In this document: positions 14,484 through 23,423 of the stretch, piece by piece | Position numbering within the stretch: the stretch's first letter is position 1 | How the letters are laid out: the number at the start of each line of letters is the position of its first letter | From: a virus | Lineage: Duplodnaviria > Caudoviricetes | IMG/VR virus record: IMGVR_UViG_3300021197_000270 | Span: 1 to 55,098 of that record | Direction: 5' to 3' (one strand) | DNA: 55,098 nucleotides | Notes under the pieces: model-generated | What the model was told of the DNA's origin: nothing | The model's database searches: none | The model's input: only the letters and a program-made list of their open reading frames with translations | Made by a program: the position numbers and the translations under genes

Positions 14484-16016
14484 ATGAGTTTAGTTGATCG
14501 TTTCGCTGCGGCCTTTGAAGGCTCCAGCGTAGCACACGGTCAAACAACAGTAGGTGACGTTAGGAAGAACGGAAAAACAGAGGCAAAAAGTTTCATCGTC
14601 CGAGAGCCGCTGGTCAAGACCTTGGTAGCGGCTCATTTGAAGGGCGAACATGGAGTCGGATCAATACCGATTAATGATCAGAACATGTGCAAGTTTGGCG
14701 CATTGGATATCGACACATACCCAGTCGATCATGCTGCAATCTTGAAGAAGTGCCGCCGTTTTAAACTACCGCTAGTTGTTTGCCGCTCAAAATCAGGTGG
14801 GGCGCATCTCTTTCTGTTTATGCAGGATTGGATTAGCGCAACGGACATGCGCGATCATCTTACGGAGTTCGCAGCGGTGCTTGGCTATGGGGGATGCGAG
14901 GTCTTTCCAAAGCAGAGCAAAATTCTGGCCGAGCGTGGGGATGTCGGCAACTTTATTAATCTGCCGTATTTTGATTCGGAGAATACATTACGTTATGCGT
15001 TTAATAATAAGGGCGAGGATCTGCCGCTTGAGGGGTTTCTTGATCAGGTAGACAAGGTCAAATGCACCTTGGAAGATTTGCGGAAGCTGGAGTTTGCCAG
15101 TGACGATGACGAGTTGCGGGAGATGCCGCCATGCTTGCGGATTATGTTTGCAACCTCGGTGCCGGACGGAACCAGAAACAAGGTCATGTTTCATGCGGCG
15201 GTGACCGCCAAGATGATGCATCCGGACTCGTGGGAGACCACGCTGGAGAAGTGGAACCAGAAGTATTGCAAGCCGTCTCTGCCGGCCAACGAGATCGTGA
15301 CGATCCAGCAACAGCATAAGAAGAAGGATTATGGCTATCTGTGTAAGGAAGAACCGATGGGTAGCCACTGCGATAAGGCCGCTTGTCGCCAAGCCAAGTT
15401 TGGCGTGGGCAAGAATGGCTCGATGCCAGGAATCACAGGTCTGACAATCCAGAAGTCGGAGCCAAGACTCTACTTCCTAGATGTAGATGGTAAAAGGCTG
15501 GAGTTGTCCACCGAACAGTTGCAGATGCCCTTGCAGTTCCAACGTGCATGTATGGAGCAGCTGGATGTTATGCCACCGATTATGAAGGCGCCGGACTGGC
15601 AGGAGTATGTAAACCGAATGCTTGAGACGGCAACACATATTGAGGTGCCAAAAGAACTGACAATCAAAGGTCAGTTTGAAGAATTGCTAGAGGTGTACTG
15701 CACGAGCCGGATTAGAGCCAAGTCACCACAAGAGATGATGCTTGGTAAGCCTTGGACAGAGAGTGACATGACAATGTTCACGCTCAAAGGTTTGACAGAG
15801 TTTTTGCGGAACCGTGGGTTTAGAGAACTGCGCCGTCCGCAGATCCAACAAAGATTGAAAGACTTGAACGGTGGGCACGAGTGTAACTCGGTCTACAAGT
15901 TCAAAGACGAAGATACAGGTCAATGGAAGAATCTTCGCGTCTGGCATGTGCCGGAGTTTGACAGCAATGAAATCGACCTACCAATAGAGGAGAACGTAAA
16001 TGACATACCATTCTGA
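14484..16016 (+). CDS. AEP-superfamily primase with PriCT-like domain
   Basis: ALDID, SKSGGAH, GNFINLPY, PPC...G.RN motifs. Confidence 0.85.
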   Translation: MSLVDRFAAAFEGSSVAHGQTTVGDVRKNGKTEAKSFIVREPLVKTLVAAHLKGEHGVGSIPINDQNMCKFGALDIDTYPVDHAAILKKCRRFKLPLVVCRSKSGGAHLFLFMQDWISATDMRDHLTEFAAVLGYGGCEVFPKQSKILAERGDVGNFINLPYFDSENTLRYAFNNKGEDLPLEGFLDQVDKVKCTLEDLRKLEFASDDDELREMPPCLRIMFATSVPDGTRNKVMFHAAVTAKMMHPDSWETTLEKWNQKYCKPSLPANEIVTIQQQHKKKDYGYLCKEEPMGSHCDKAACRQAKFGVGKNGSMPGITGLTIQKSEPRLYFLDVDGKRLELSTEQLQMPLQFQRACMEQLDVMPPIMKAPDWQEYVNRMLETATHIEVPKELTIKGQFEELLEVYCTSRIRAKSPQEMMLGKPWTESDMTMFTLKGLTEFLRNRGFRELRRPQIQQRLKDLNGGHECNSVYKFKDEDTGQWKNLRVWHVPEFDSNEIDLPIEENVNDIPF

Positions 16017-16218
16017 TGAACGGTATCTCAAAGTGGGTGAAGTGGTCGCTTGGTTGGGTGTGGCAAGATCTACCGTGTACAGATGGGTAGACGAAGGTCA
16101 CTTTCCTAAACCGGTTGTGCTTGGTCCTGAGAAGGAAAAGAACAGTACAACAAGGTGGCTACGCACAGAGGTTGAGCAATGGCTCGAGTCTCGTCCACGC
16201 GAGAAGACCGATGGCTGA
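16000..16218 (+). CDS. AlpA/excisionase-like HTH protein
   Basis: EV...LGVARSTVYRWV..G.FPKPV.LG...RW...EV..W. Confidence 0.85.
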   Translation: MTYHSDERYLKVGEVVAWLGVARSTVYRWVDEGHFPKPVVLGPEKEKNSTTRWLRTEVEQWLESRPREKTDG

Positions 16219-17731
16219 TGAAACCCTGATCTTCGGACCACCGGGTTGCGGTAAGACACACACGATGATTGAGATCGTGCGGAAGGAGTTAGCGCAAGGC
16301 ACTCCGCCGGACAGGATTGGTTTCGTATCGTTCTCTCGCAAGTCGATCCAAGAAGCTAGAGAGCGCGTAGGGGCGGAGTTACAGCTTACCGAAAAAGATG
16401 TTCCGTGGTTCAAGACACTGCATTCGATAGGCTTTAACTGGCTGGGCATGGATAAAAAAGAGACGATCCAACCTTCAGACTTCCGTAAGCTGGGTGACGT
16501 ATTAGGCATGGCCTTTGATAAGGGCACTGCCGAGGCCATGGAAGAGGGCATGGTTCCTTTGTCTATGAAGGAGGGCAACCGCTATCTGGAAGTAATCAGT
16601 AGATCCAAGCTGCGCTGTATTTCCATGGAACAGGAGTACAATGACCGTGGGGATTACAATCTGCATTGGTCGATGCTCAAGCGCGTGAATCAGGTATATG
16701 TCGCCTATAAGTCAGACGCTGGGAAGTACGACTACACCGACATGATTGAACTGTTCGTCCGTCAGGGCACTGGCCCCATGCTTGAGGTTTTGATTGTCGA
16801 TGAGGCGCAGGATCTGACACCGCTACAGTGGAAGCAAGTGGCGATACTGAAAGAAAGAGCCAGCCGCGTGTACTACGCGGGGGACGATGACCAGTGCATC
16901 CACCGCTGGAACGGCGTGAATCTGCATAGCTTTATGAACGCTTGCGATAACAAGACCGTATTAAATAAGAGCTACCGTGTGCCGGGCAGCGTGTACAAGC
17001 TGGCAAACCAACTGGTCAACCGGATTAACGTCCGCCAGAAGAAAGACTGGCAACCTAGGGATGAAGACGGCAACGTGGATTTTCACATGAATTGGTATGA
17101 TGTGAATATTGATGAAGGTTCGTGGACGATTATGGCTAGAACCAACAAAGCCTTGAACTCAATTCACCATTCTTTACGCGAAGACGGCTATTTGTTTGAA
17201 CGATTTGGTCATTCCATGATCTCGCTTGAACTCCTTGAAGCCATGAGCATTTGGGAGCGGCTGGCAAAAGGCGAGACGGCAAGCGTTGGTGATATAAAAA
17301 AGCTCTACGGTTTCATGCCCAAGCAGGGCGACAGAGCATTGCTCAAACGTGCGGCGACAAAGACCTTTGATGCAGTAGATCCACAAGGCTACCACAACTA
17401 TGACAACTTAGTGGCTGAACATGGCTTGCTTGTTAATCAAGATGCAAGGCCGGAGGTCGTGGTCAACATGTCTCTTGAGGACATACGCTACATGGGCGCC
17501 GTGCGCCGGAGGGGTGAGGATCTGACCAAGCCGCGCATCAATCTATCTACTATACACCGCATGAAGGGCGGCGAGGACGACAACGTCTTGTTGTTGACCG
17601 ACTCGTCATACCCTGCGGTCAACGCTCCAGATCAGGACGATGAACATCGTGTGTTCTATACCGCAGTGACCAGAGCACGGAACAATCTGCATATTGTCGA
17701 TTCCCACGCAAAATATAGGTATGTGATATGA
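16211..17731 (+). CDS. UvrD/Rep-like SF1 helicase
   Basis: GPPGCGKT, DEAQD, GDDDQ, STIHRMKGGE, YTAVTRA. Confidence 0.93.
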   Translation: MADETLIFGPPGCGKTHTMIEIVRKELAQGTPPDRIGFVSFSRKSIQEARERVGAELQLTEKDVPWFKTLHSIGFNWLGMDKKETIQPSDFRKLGDVLGMAFDKGTAEAMEEGMVPLSMKEGNRYLEVISRSKLRCISMEQEYNDRGDYNLHWSMLKRVNQVYVAYKSDAGKYDYTDMIELFVRQGTGPMLEVLIVDEAQDLTPLQWKQVAILKERASRVYYAGDDDQCIHRWNGVNLHSFMNACDNKTVLNKSYRVPGSVYKLANQLVNRINVRQKKDWQPRDEDGNVDFHMNWYDVNIDEGSWTIMARTNKALNSIHHSLREDGYLFERFGHSMISLELLEAMSIWERLAKGETASVGDIKKLYGFMPKQGDRALLKRAATKTFDAVDPQGYHNYDNLVAEHGLLVNQDARPEVVVNMSLEDIRYMGAVRRRGEDLTKPRINLSTIHRMKGGEDDNVLLLTDSSYPAVNAPDQDDEHRVFYTAVTRARNNLHIVDSHAKYRYVI

Positions 17732-17997
17732 AAAGAGATAAGCTACTTGATACCGCCAAGGACTTGGTCAATGGGCCAAGAGCCGAGGATTATGGTGACG
17801 CATACGAGAACCATGAGCGCGTAGCGCAACTCTGGTCTGTGATTCTCAAACAGGACATATCGGTTTCTCAAGTTTATCAGTGTCTTACGGCGCTAAAACT
17901 TGCTAGACTGATTGTAACGCCAACGCATCAGGATTCGTGGGTGGATATCGCTGGATACGCCAGCCTCGGAGGAGAGATAGATGGCAAAGGAAAGTAG
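17728..17997 (+). CDS. DUF6378-like protein
   Basis: R...YG....N..R.A.LWS...KLAR...H.DSWVDIAGY. Confidence 0.75.
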   Translation: MKRDKLLDTAKDLVNGPRAEDYGDAYENHERVAQLWSVILKQDISVSQVYQCLTALKLARLIVTPTHQDSWVDIAGYASLGGEIDGKGK

Positions 17998-19879
17998 TCA
18001 GATCAGCTTCCTGCATCGCATGGATCTGGACACCATCGAGAAGGATTGGGTGCCGCCGGAGGTGTTCCCTGATCTGCGAAACAGCCAGTTCATTGCTATC
18101 GACCTTGAGACCAGTGATCCAAACCTGACAACCCTTGGTCCTGGCTGGGCGCGTAGTGACGGCTTCATTGTAGGCGTGGCTATCGCTGCTGGCGATTTTG
18201 TTGGCTACTATCCTATTGCACATGAGGGTGGGGGCAACATCCCGCAAAACAAGGTCATGAAGTGGTTAGCTGACCAGCTTGCTACGCCCAACATCCCAAA
18301 GGTTATGCATAACGCCACCTACGATGCCGGCTGGCTCCGGTGGGCAGGGGTCAAGATCCAAGGCACGATCATCGACACCATGGTGGCCGCGCCGCTACTC
18401 AACGAGAACCGGTTTAGTTACAGCCTCAACAATCTGGCAAGGGATTACCTGAACGAGCGCAAGGACGAGAAGACTCTTCGTGCAGCGGCTAACGATCATG
18501 GCTTTGATCCCAAGGGCGAAATGTGGCGCCTTAACTCACGGTTCGTGGGGGCGTATGCCGAGAAGGACGCCGAACTAACATTGAAGCTGTGGAACATGAT
18601 GCGTGTGGATCTGGAGAAGCAGAGCCTCATGGACGTATTCAATCTGGAAACTTCTCTGTTGCCGGTGATGCTGGACATGCGCGAGAAGGGCGTGAAGGTA
18701 AACACTGACGGCGCCGAGGCGGCAAAGACAAAGCTAATCGGACTCAAGAAAGATCTGGTTGCAGACATTAAGCATGAGACAGGCATAAGCGTAGAACCGT
18801 GGGTAGCCAGAAGCGTTGCCGCCGTCTTTGATCATCACGGCTTGTACTACAACAGAACAGAGAATAACGGTCAGCCGTCCTTTACCAAAGCGTTCTTGCA
18901 AGCTAGTCCTCATCCTATCGCGGCAAAGATCTTGCGCTTGCGTGAACTAGACAAGGCCAGCAATACCTTCATCGACAACATCCTCAAGTTCTCTCACAAG
19001 GGCCGGATACATTGCGAGTTTCATCAGCTTCGTTCGGACGATGGCGGCACCGTTACTGGACGTTTCTCCTCAAGTAACCCAAACCTCCAGCAGATTCCAG
19101 CGCGTGATCCAGAGATCAAGGCCATGATCCGAGGTCTGTTTGTGCCGGACGAAGGATGCAAGTGGGGCAGCTTTGACTACTCGAGTCAGGAGCCGAGACT
19201 CTTGGTGCACTACTGTGCGTCTCTGGCACCCAAGGATCGTCATCCGTCTATTGATGATGTTGTGTCGGAGTATCACAAAGGTGATGCCGACTTCCATCAG
19301 ATGGTTGCAGACTTAGCGGAGATTACCAGAAAGCAGGCCAAGACGGTCAATCTGGGCATCATGTATGGCATGGGCGTGGGCAAACTATCTCACACCATGG
19401 ACATATCCAAGGATGAAGCCAAGAAACTGTTGGCGCAGTACCATAAGAAGGTTCCGTTTGTTAAGGACTTGGCAGACATGGTGTCGCTACGAGCCAGCAA
19501 CAACGGACAGATTCGCACGATGTCGGGACGGCTTTGTCGCTTTGATATGTGGGAGCCTAAGACATTTGGCTATAACAAGCCTATGAAGCGCGAGGAGGCC
19601 GAGAAAGAGTACGGGCCTATGTTGAGGCGTGCATTTACTTACAAGGCACTCAACAGACTTATACAAGGCTCTGCGGCAGACCAGACCAAGGTTGCCATGG
19701 CAGAGTGCTACAAGGAAGGTTTGGTGCCGCTCCTGACAGTGCATGACGAACTTTGCTTCAACGTAGAGACCGAGAAGCAAGCGTCAAGAATTACGGAGAT
19801 CATGGAGACAAGCACGGAACTCAAGGTGCCGAGCAAGGTCGATCAGGAGTTGGGCAACAACTGGGGTGAGGTTGGCTAG
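17981..19879 (+). CDS. polA: Family A DNA polymerase with 3'-5' exonuclease
   Basis: DLET, HNATYD, TGRFSSSNPNLQQIP, DYSSQEPR, AKTVNLGIMYG, QGSAAD, VHDE. Confidence 0.97.
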   Translation: MAKESSQISFLHRMDLDTIEKDWVPPEVFPDLRNSQFIAIDLETSDPNLTTLGPGWARSDGFIVGVAIAAGDFVGYYPIAHEGGGNIPQNKVMKWLADQLATPNIPKVMHNATYDAGWLRWAGVKIQGTIIDTMVAAPLLNENRFSYSLNNLARDYLNERKDEKTLRAAANDHGFDPKGEMWRLNSRFVGAYAEKDAELTLKLWNMMRVDLEKQSLMDVFNLETSLLPVMLDMREKGVKVNTDGAEAAKTKLIGLKKDLVADIKHETGISVEPWVARSVAAVFDHHGLYYNRTENNGQPSFTKAFLQASPHPIAAKILRLRELDKASNTFIDNILKFSHKGRIHCEFHQLRSDDGGTVTGRFSSSNPNLQQIPARDPEIKAMIRGLFVPDEGCKWGSFDYSSQEPRLLVHYCASLAPKDRHPSIDDVVSEYHKGDADFHQMVADLAEITRKQAKTVNLGIMYGMGVGKLSHTMDISKDEAKKLLAQYHKKVPFVKDLADMVSLRASNNGQIRTMSGRLCRFDMWEPKTFGYNKPMKREEAEKEYGPMLRRAFTYKALNRLIQGSAADQTKVAMAECYKEGLVPLLTVHDELCFNVETEKQASRITEIMETSTELKVPSKVDQELGNNWGEVG

Positions 19880-20322
19880 TCTGCCAATGCCCTCATGCGT
19901 GCTACCAAACGCTTGGCGCGGTTGGTTACTTGATCGTACCAGCGGCTGTCTACCATCTCGTCAGCTGCGCGGTTCCAGTCTTGTGCATCAACACCGGCCT
20001 TCATGCCTTTGAACTTGGATAGGCGAGGCCGTCCCATGTTAAACATCATATTAGCTATAATATGCTGACACTCTTCGGGTAAGTCATCAAAGTTTTCGTA
20101 CAAAACGCGGCACTCGTCCAACGTGACGGCAATGTCTAAGTTAAACATCTGACGCACACGTTCTTCATCTACAGGCGTGCCTACGGGCTGACCGTGCTCT
20201 GGATCGTTTTCTACCACGAGATGCCCAATCCCACAGGTAGGTAGGCCGAGGTGGTCTAAGTAAATTTCAAACTTACAGCCCTCGTCCTCGGCTATCTCTT
20301 CGCGTAGTTTGTCTTTGTTCAT
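19876..20322 (-). CDS. GH24 lysozyme / endolysin
   Basis: DEG....Y.D..G..T.GIGH; NM.FNMG; AA.EM.DSRW..Q...RA.RL. Confidence 0.9.
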   Translation of the reverse strand: MNKDKLREEIAEDEGCKFEIYLDHLGLPTCGIGHLVVENDPEHGQPVGTPVDEERVRQMFNLDIAVTLDECRVLYENFDDLPEECQHIIANMMFNMGRPRLSKFKGMKAGVDAQDWNRAADEMVDSRWYDQVTNRAKRLVARMRALAD

Positions 20323-23300
20323 GGGGTTGTCCTTCCAATGGACTGCGCCAGAGCCTGTGTCGCAGGGTCAGGCAGCAAGATTGGTGATACTTGTCCAGCG
20401 GTTCCGGCTCCACCCGGCATTACGTTTGGCGCTTGTGTCATGGTTATAGGTTGAAAAACATTTGGTCCTTGTTGCGTTTGTTGCGCCTCTTGTGCTTGTA
20501 CTTGCGCTTCTTGTTGTGCCTCTTCTGACTGCACGGTGGGCGTGACACTAGGCAAAGCGCGGTCACTTCTTGGAGCCGTCTGTCCGATTCCCTCATACAT
20601 GATTTCAAACGCACGACCAACACGGTCAAATTCCTCACCAGTGCCCGGCCTGACGCCCTTTGGTCTGGAGATTGTTTTCAAAAACGTATTACTTCGCAAA
20701 GCACGAGACATAAGGAACAGTCCGCCAGCGGTGCCGATAACGCCCATCGGGCCTGATAGAAACGCCGCCAGACTCAAAGATCCTGCGATTGTAGCAGGAG
20801 CAAGACCACCCAATCCTTTGATTGGCTTGTTAGAAACAATCTCTGACTCTTTTGCTAATTTACGCAACAACGGCCCAGCCTCACCAAACATGGCATCAAT
20901 GGTCTCATCACCATAATCGGCAAGTTGTTTTGACAACTGCGTTGAGAAAGAACCATCAACAACAGATTCCGTAAGTTCTTTAGCTGTCATTCCTTCTTTG
21001 CCCAAGTTGCCAACTATACGCTCCATAGCAAGTTGTCGAACTTGATCCATAGTGTCTTCGCCTAATTCACGTTCAGCCTGCTTTATGAATGCAGCACCGT
21101 TTTTACGGAAGATTAGACTTACAACTTTTTCTGGGTCACCATCAGCAACAGCTTTGCTCAAGCCTTTGGCTAAAGCGTTATCTGCCGCAGAGTTTGTGGT
21201 GCGCGTTAGACGGCTGATTAAATTAACTTGTTCTGCAATCGGTTGACCCGCAACCAATGCAAGTTCGCGATCCGTAATTTTGGCTCCACTAGAACCAAGA
21301 TCTCTTAATGCAGTCATCAAAGGTTTATACTGTTTCCCGAACAAAACTTCGCCCGTGCTACCCAGTTTGCTTATCTCTTCTGCAATTGCACTAGGGTTAG
21401 CCGTTCCAAACACGTTTCTGTTTTGTCTGGACACACGTTCAAGAAAGTTACGCGCCATTGAGTTTCTTACAGCCTCAGAGACTTCAACTCCAGCACCTCG
21501 AGCACCGGCAACCTCTTGAGCAAACCGTTTGGTCTCTTCAAATTTACGCATGAGTCCAGACTTCAACGGGTCTTCGTCAGGCAGGCCTTTCACAAGTTGA
21601 GCGTCTTGAGCATTCATACCCCGCGCCAAAAACTCATCAAAAGTTTTCGGTGCATCTACGGCGGCTCGCCCACCTGGCACTACTGACTTAAAGAATTTTT
21701 TTAACGTGTCGCCTCTGTTGGGCGCCAGTAAGACTCCGCCTGGATCAAACAACTCTTCAACATCAAGCTCACCGTCTTTGTACTTACGAAAGATCTCGGC
21801 TGTCTTGGCGTCTCTAAAACGTCCAACACCCTTGCCATAAAACTTGTTCGCCTTTTCAAGCAAATCCAAACCATCTTTTGCTTGAGCATCTGCCTTACCA
21901 GTAAATCTTCCGTCTGGCCGGCGTCCTTGTCCTATGTTTCTACGGATCTGTAACGCAGCGTCCGTATATGAACGATCAATCGCGCCTAGCAATTCACCAA
22001 TGAACTTACGATTCTGTGTGCCAACAAGGCTAGGGTCATAACCAGCCTCACGAAGAGCGGTGCGTATGCCATTCATTTCTGACACGGTGGCATTACGAAA
22101 ACCATTGCCCTCTTTAAACTTCAGGATGAATTTGCCGAGGCCAGAGCCAGCAAGGTCGAAGGCCGGGTTGTCCTTTTGCAACCGTTCAAAGGCTTGCACA
22201 AGTTTGGCTGTGGGCAAGACTTTAGAGTTACCCAAAAGTTCACTTGCCTTACCGTACAAAACGTCTGTGTCTTCATCAAAAATACGTTTAGAGATTTCTA
22301 TCTGACGAGCGATCTTTGATCCGTTTAAAGGCTTGCTGTCACCAAACATACCAATTATGTCATCAATACCTTGATCAACAAGGTTAACTAAATCGGCTTC
22401 AGCTTGCTTTAAGACATCATCTGGGTTGCCATAGATCCTAATCAAATCGCGGTCTATAAGTTCCAGAATCTTTTCTTTGTCCGTGGCTTTGCCTTTGTAA
22501 CCTGCCGCCTTCATATTTGAAGCTAGTTTTTCTGCTACAAAATCTGCATTTGCTCGAGCCGCTTTCTGGTTTGGAAAGACGCCTTCGTAAATTGCTTGTA
22601 AACGACCAAGAATTGGTGATTCATTTACCGCGCGAACGGTGGGTTTACCGCCTTGACTAATGACCTCACGAGCCACTTTTCTGGCCTCGTTGGCCGACTG
22701 AGACCCGCTACCTTTGGCAAGGTAGCCAAACAGTGATGTTATACCTCTGGCAGCACCTTCACCAAGACCGCCAGTGATAAACTCTCTTTTCATTCCGCTG
22801 TAAAGATCATCTTGATTCTCGCGGCGCAATCCTTCTTCCGTTTCTTGATATTCGTCAAACAAGTATCCTAATGTTGATGCGGCACCTACAGTAAGCGCAG
22901 CGCCTACCCATCCAAGTGGACTGGCAAGAACAGAAGCTGCGGTTGCCGCAAGTAACGGGCCGCGAGTTTCACCGTAAAAATCAACGAAATCGTTCTTTGT
23001 GAAGCCACGCTTTTCATCAATTGCAAGAAGACCTTCGCCTTTGATGTCATACCGAGCCTTGATGTCATCAGGCAACAAGTCTCGATCCAAAAGAAACTCG
23101 CCTTCAGAATCAATTTGCACAGCCTCATCAGGTATACCAAGACCTTGAAGTCGAGCACGCCTCTCTGCTTCGTTGTCACCTTTAGCAAAGTTAAGACGAA
23201 AATCAACGTCCTGAACACCAGTGTCGTAATCAATTTTACGCGCTGGAAGTTCTGGTTCCACAGGGCCAGTGTCTTGATCAACGGCTTGATCAACGGCTTG

Positions 23301-23423
23301 AGCGGCAGGCTGCTCAGAAAAAAACGTGTTAATGATTGCCTGTTGTTCTTCGTCAGTGGGGTTGTCGCCTGCGATACGAACTTGTTGCACACCACTTGGA
23401 GTTCTTATCTTTATAACACCCAT
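20319..23423 (-). CDS. Large internal virion (ejection) protein
   Basis: 1034 aa, helical, hydrophobic A/G patches; position after tail genes. Confidence 0.65.
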   Translation of the reverse strand: MGVIKIRTPSGVQQVRIAGDNPTDEEQQAIINTFFSEQPAAQAVDQAVDQDTGPVEPELPARKIDYDTGVQDVDFRLNFAKGDNEAERRARLQGLGIPDEAVQIDSEGEFLLDRDLLPDDIKARYDIKGEGLLAIDEKRGFTKNDFVDFYGETRGPLLAATAASVLASPLGWVGAALTVGAASTLGYLFDEYQETEEGLRRENQDDLYSGMKREFITGGLGEGAARGITSLFGYLAKGSGSQSANEARKVAREVISQGGKPTVRAVNESPILGRLQAIYEGVFPNQKAARANADFVAEKLASNMKAAGYKGKATDKEKILELIDRDLIRIYGNPDDVLKQAEADLVNLVDQGIDDIIGMFGDSKPLNGSKIARQIEISKRIFDEDTDVLYGKASELLGNSKVLPTAKLVQAFERLQKDNPAFDLAGSGLGKFILKFKEGNGFRNATVSEMNGIRTALREAGYDPSLVGTQNRKFIGELLGAIDRSYTDAALQIRRNIGQGRRPDGRFTGKADAQAKDGLDLLEKANKFYGKGVGRFRDAKTAEIFRKYKDGELDVEELFDPGGVLLAPNRGDTLKKFFKSVVPGGRAAVDAPKTFDEFLARGMNAQDAQLVKGLPDEDPLKSGLMRKFEETKRFAQEVAGARGAGVEVSEAVRNSMARNFLERVSRQNRNVFGTANPSAIAEEISKLGSTGEVLFGKQYKPLMTALRDLGSSGAKITDRELALVAGQPIAEQVNLISRLTRTTNSAADNALAKGLSKAVADGDPEKVVSLIFRKNGAAFIKQAERELGEDTMDQVRQLAMERIVGNLGKEGMTAKELTESVVDGSFSTQLSKQLADYGDETIDAMFGEAGPLLRKLAKESEIVSNKPIKGLGGLAPATIAGSLSLAAFLSGPMGVIGTAGGLFLMSRALRSNTFLKTISRPKGVRPGTGEEFDRVGRAFEIMYEGIGQTAPRSDRALPSVTPTVQSEEAQQEAQVQAQEAQQTQQGPNVFQPITMTQAPNVMPGGAGTAGQVSPILLPDPATQALAQSIGRTTP

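Noticed and set aside
16000-16218. Evidence for an integration module or prophage state
   Set aside because: No integrase, att site or flanking host genes seen; an AlpA-like gene alone is insufficient
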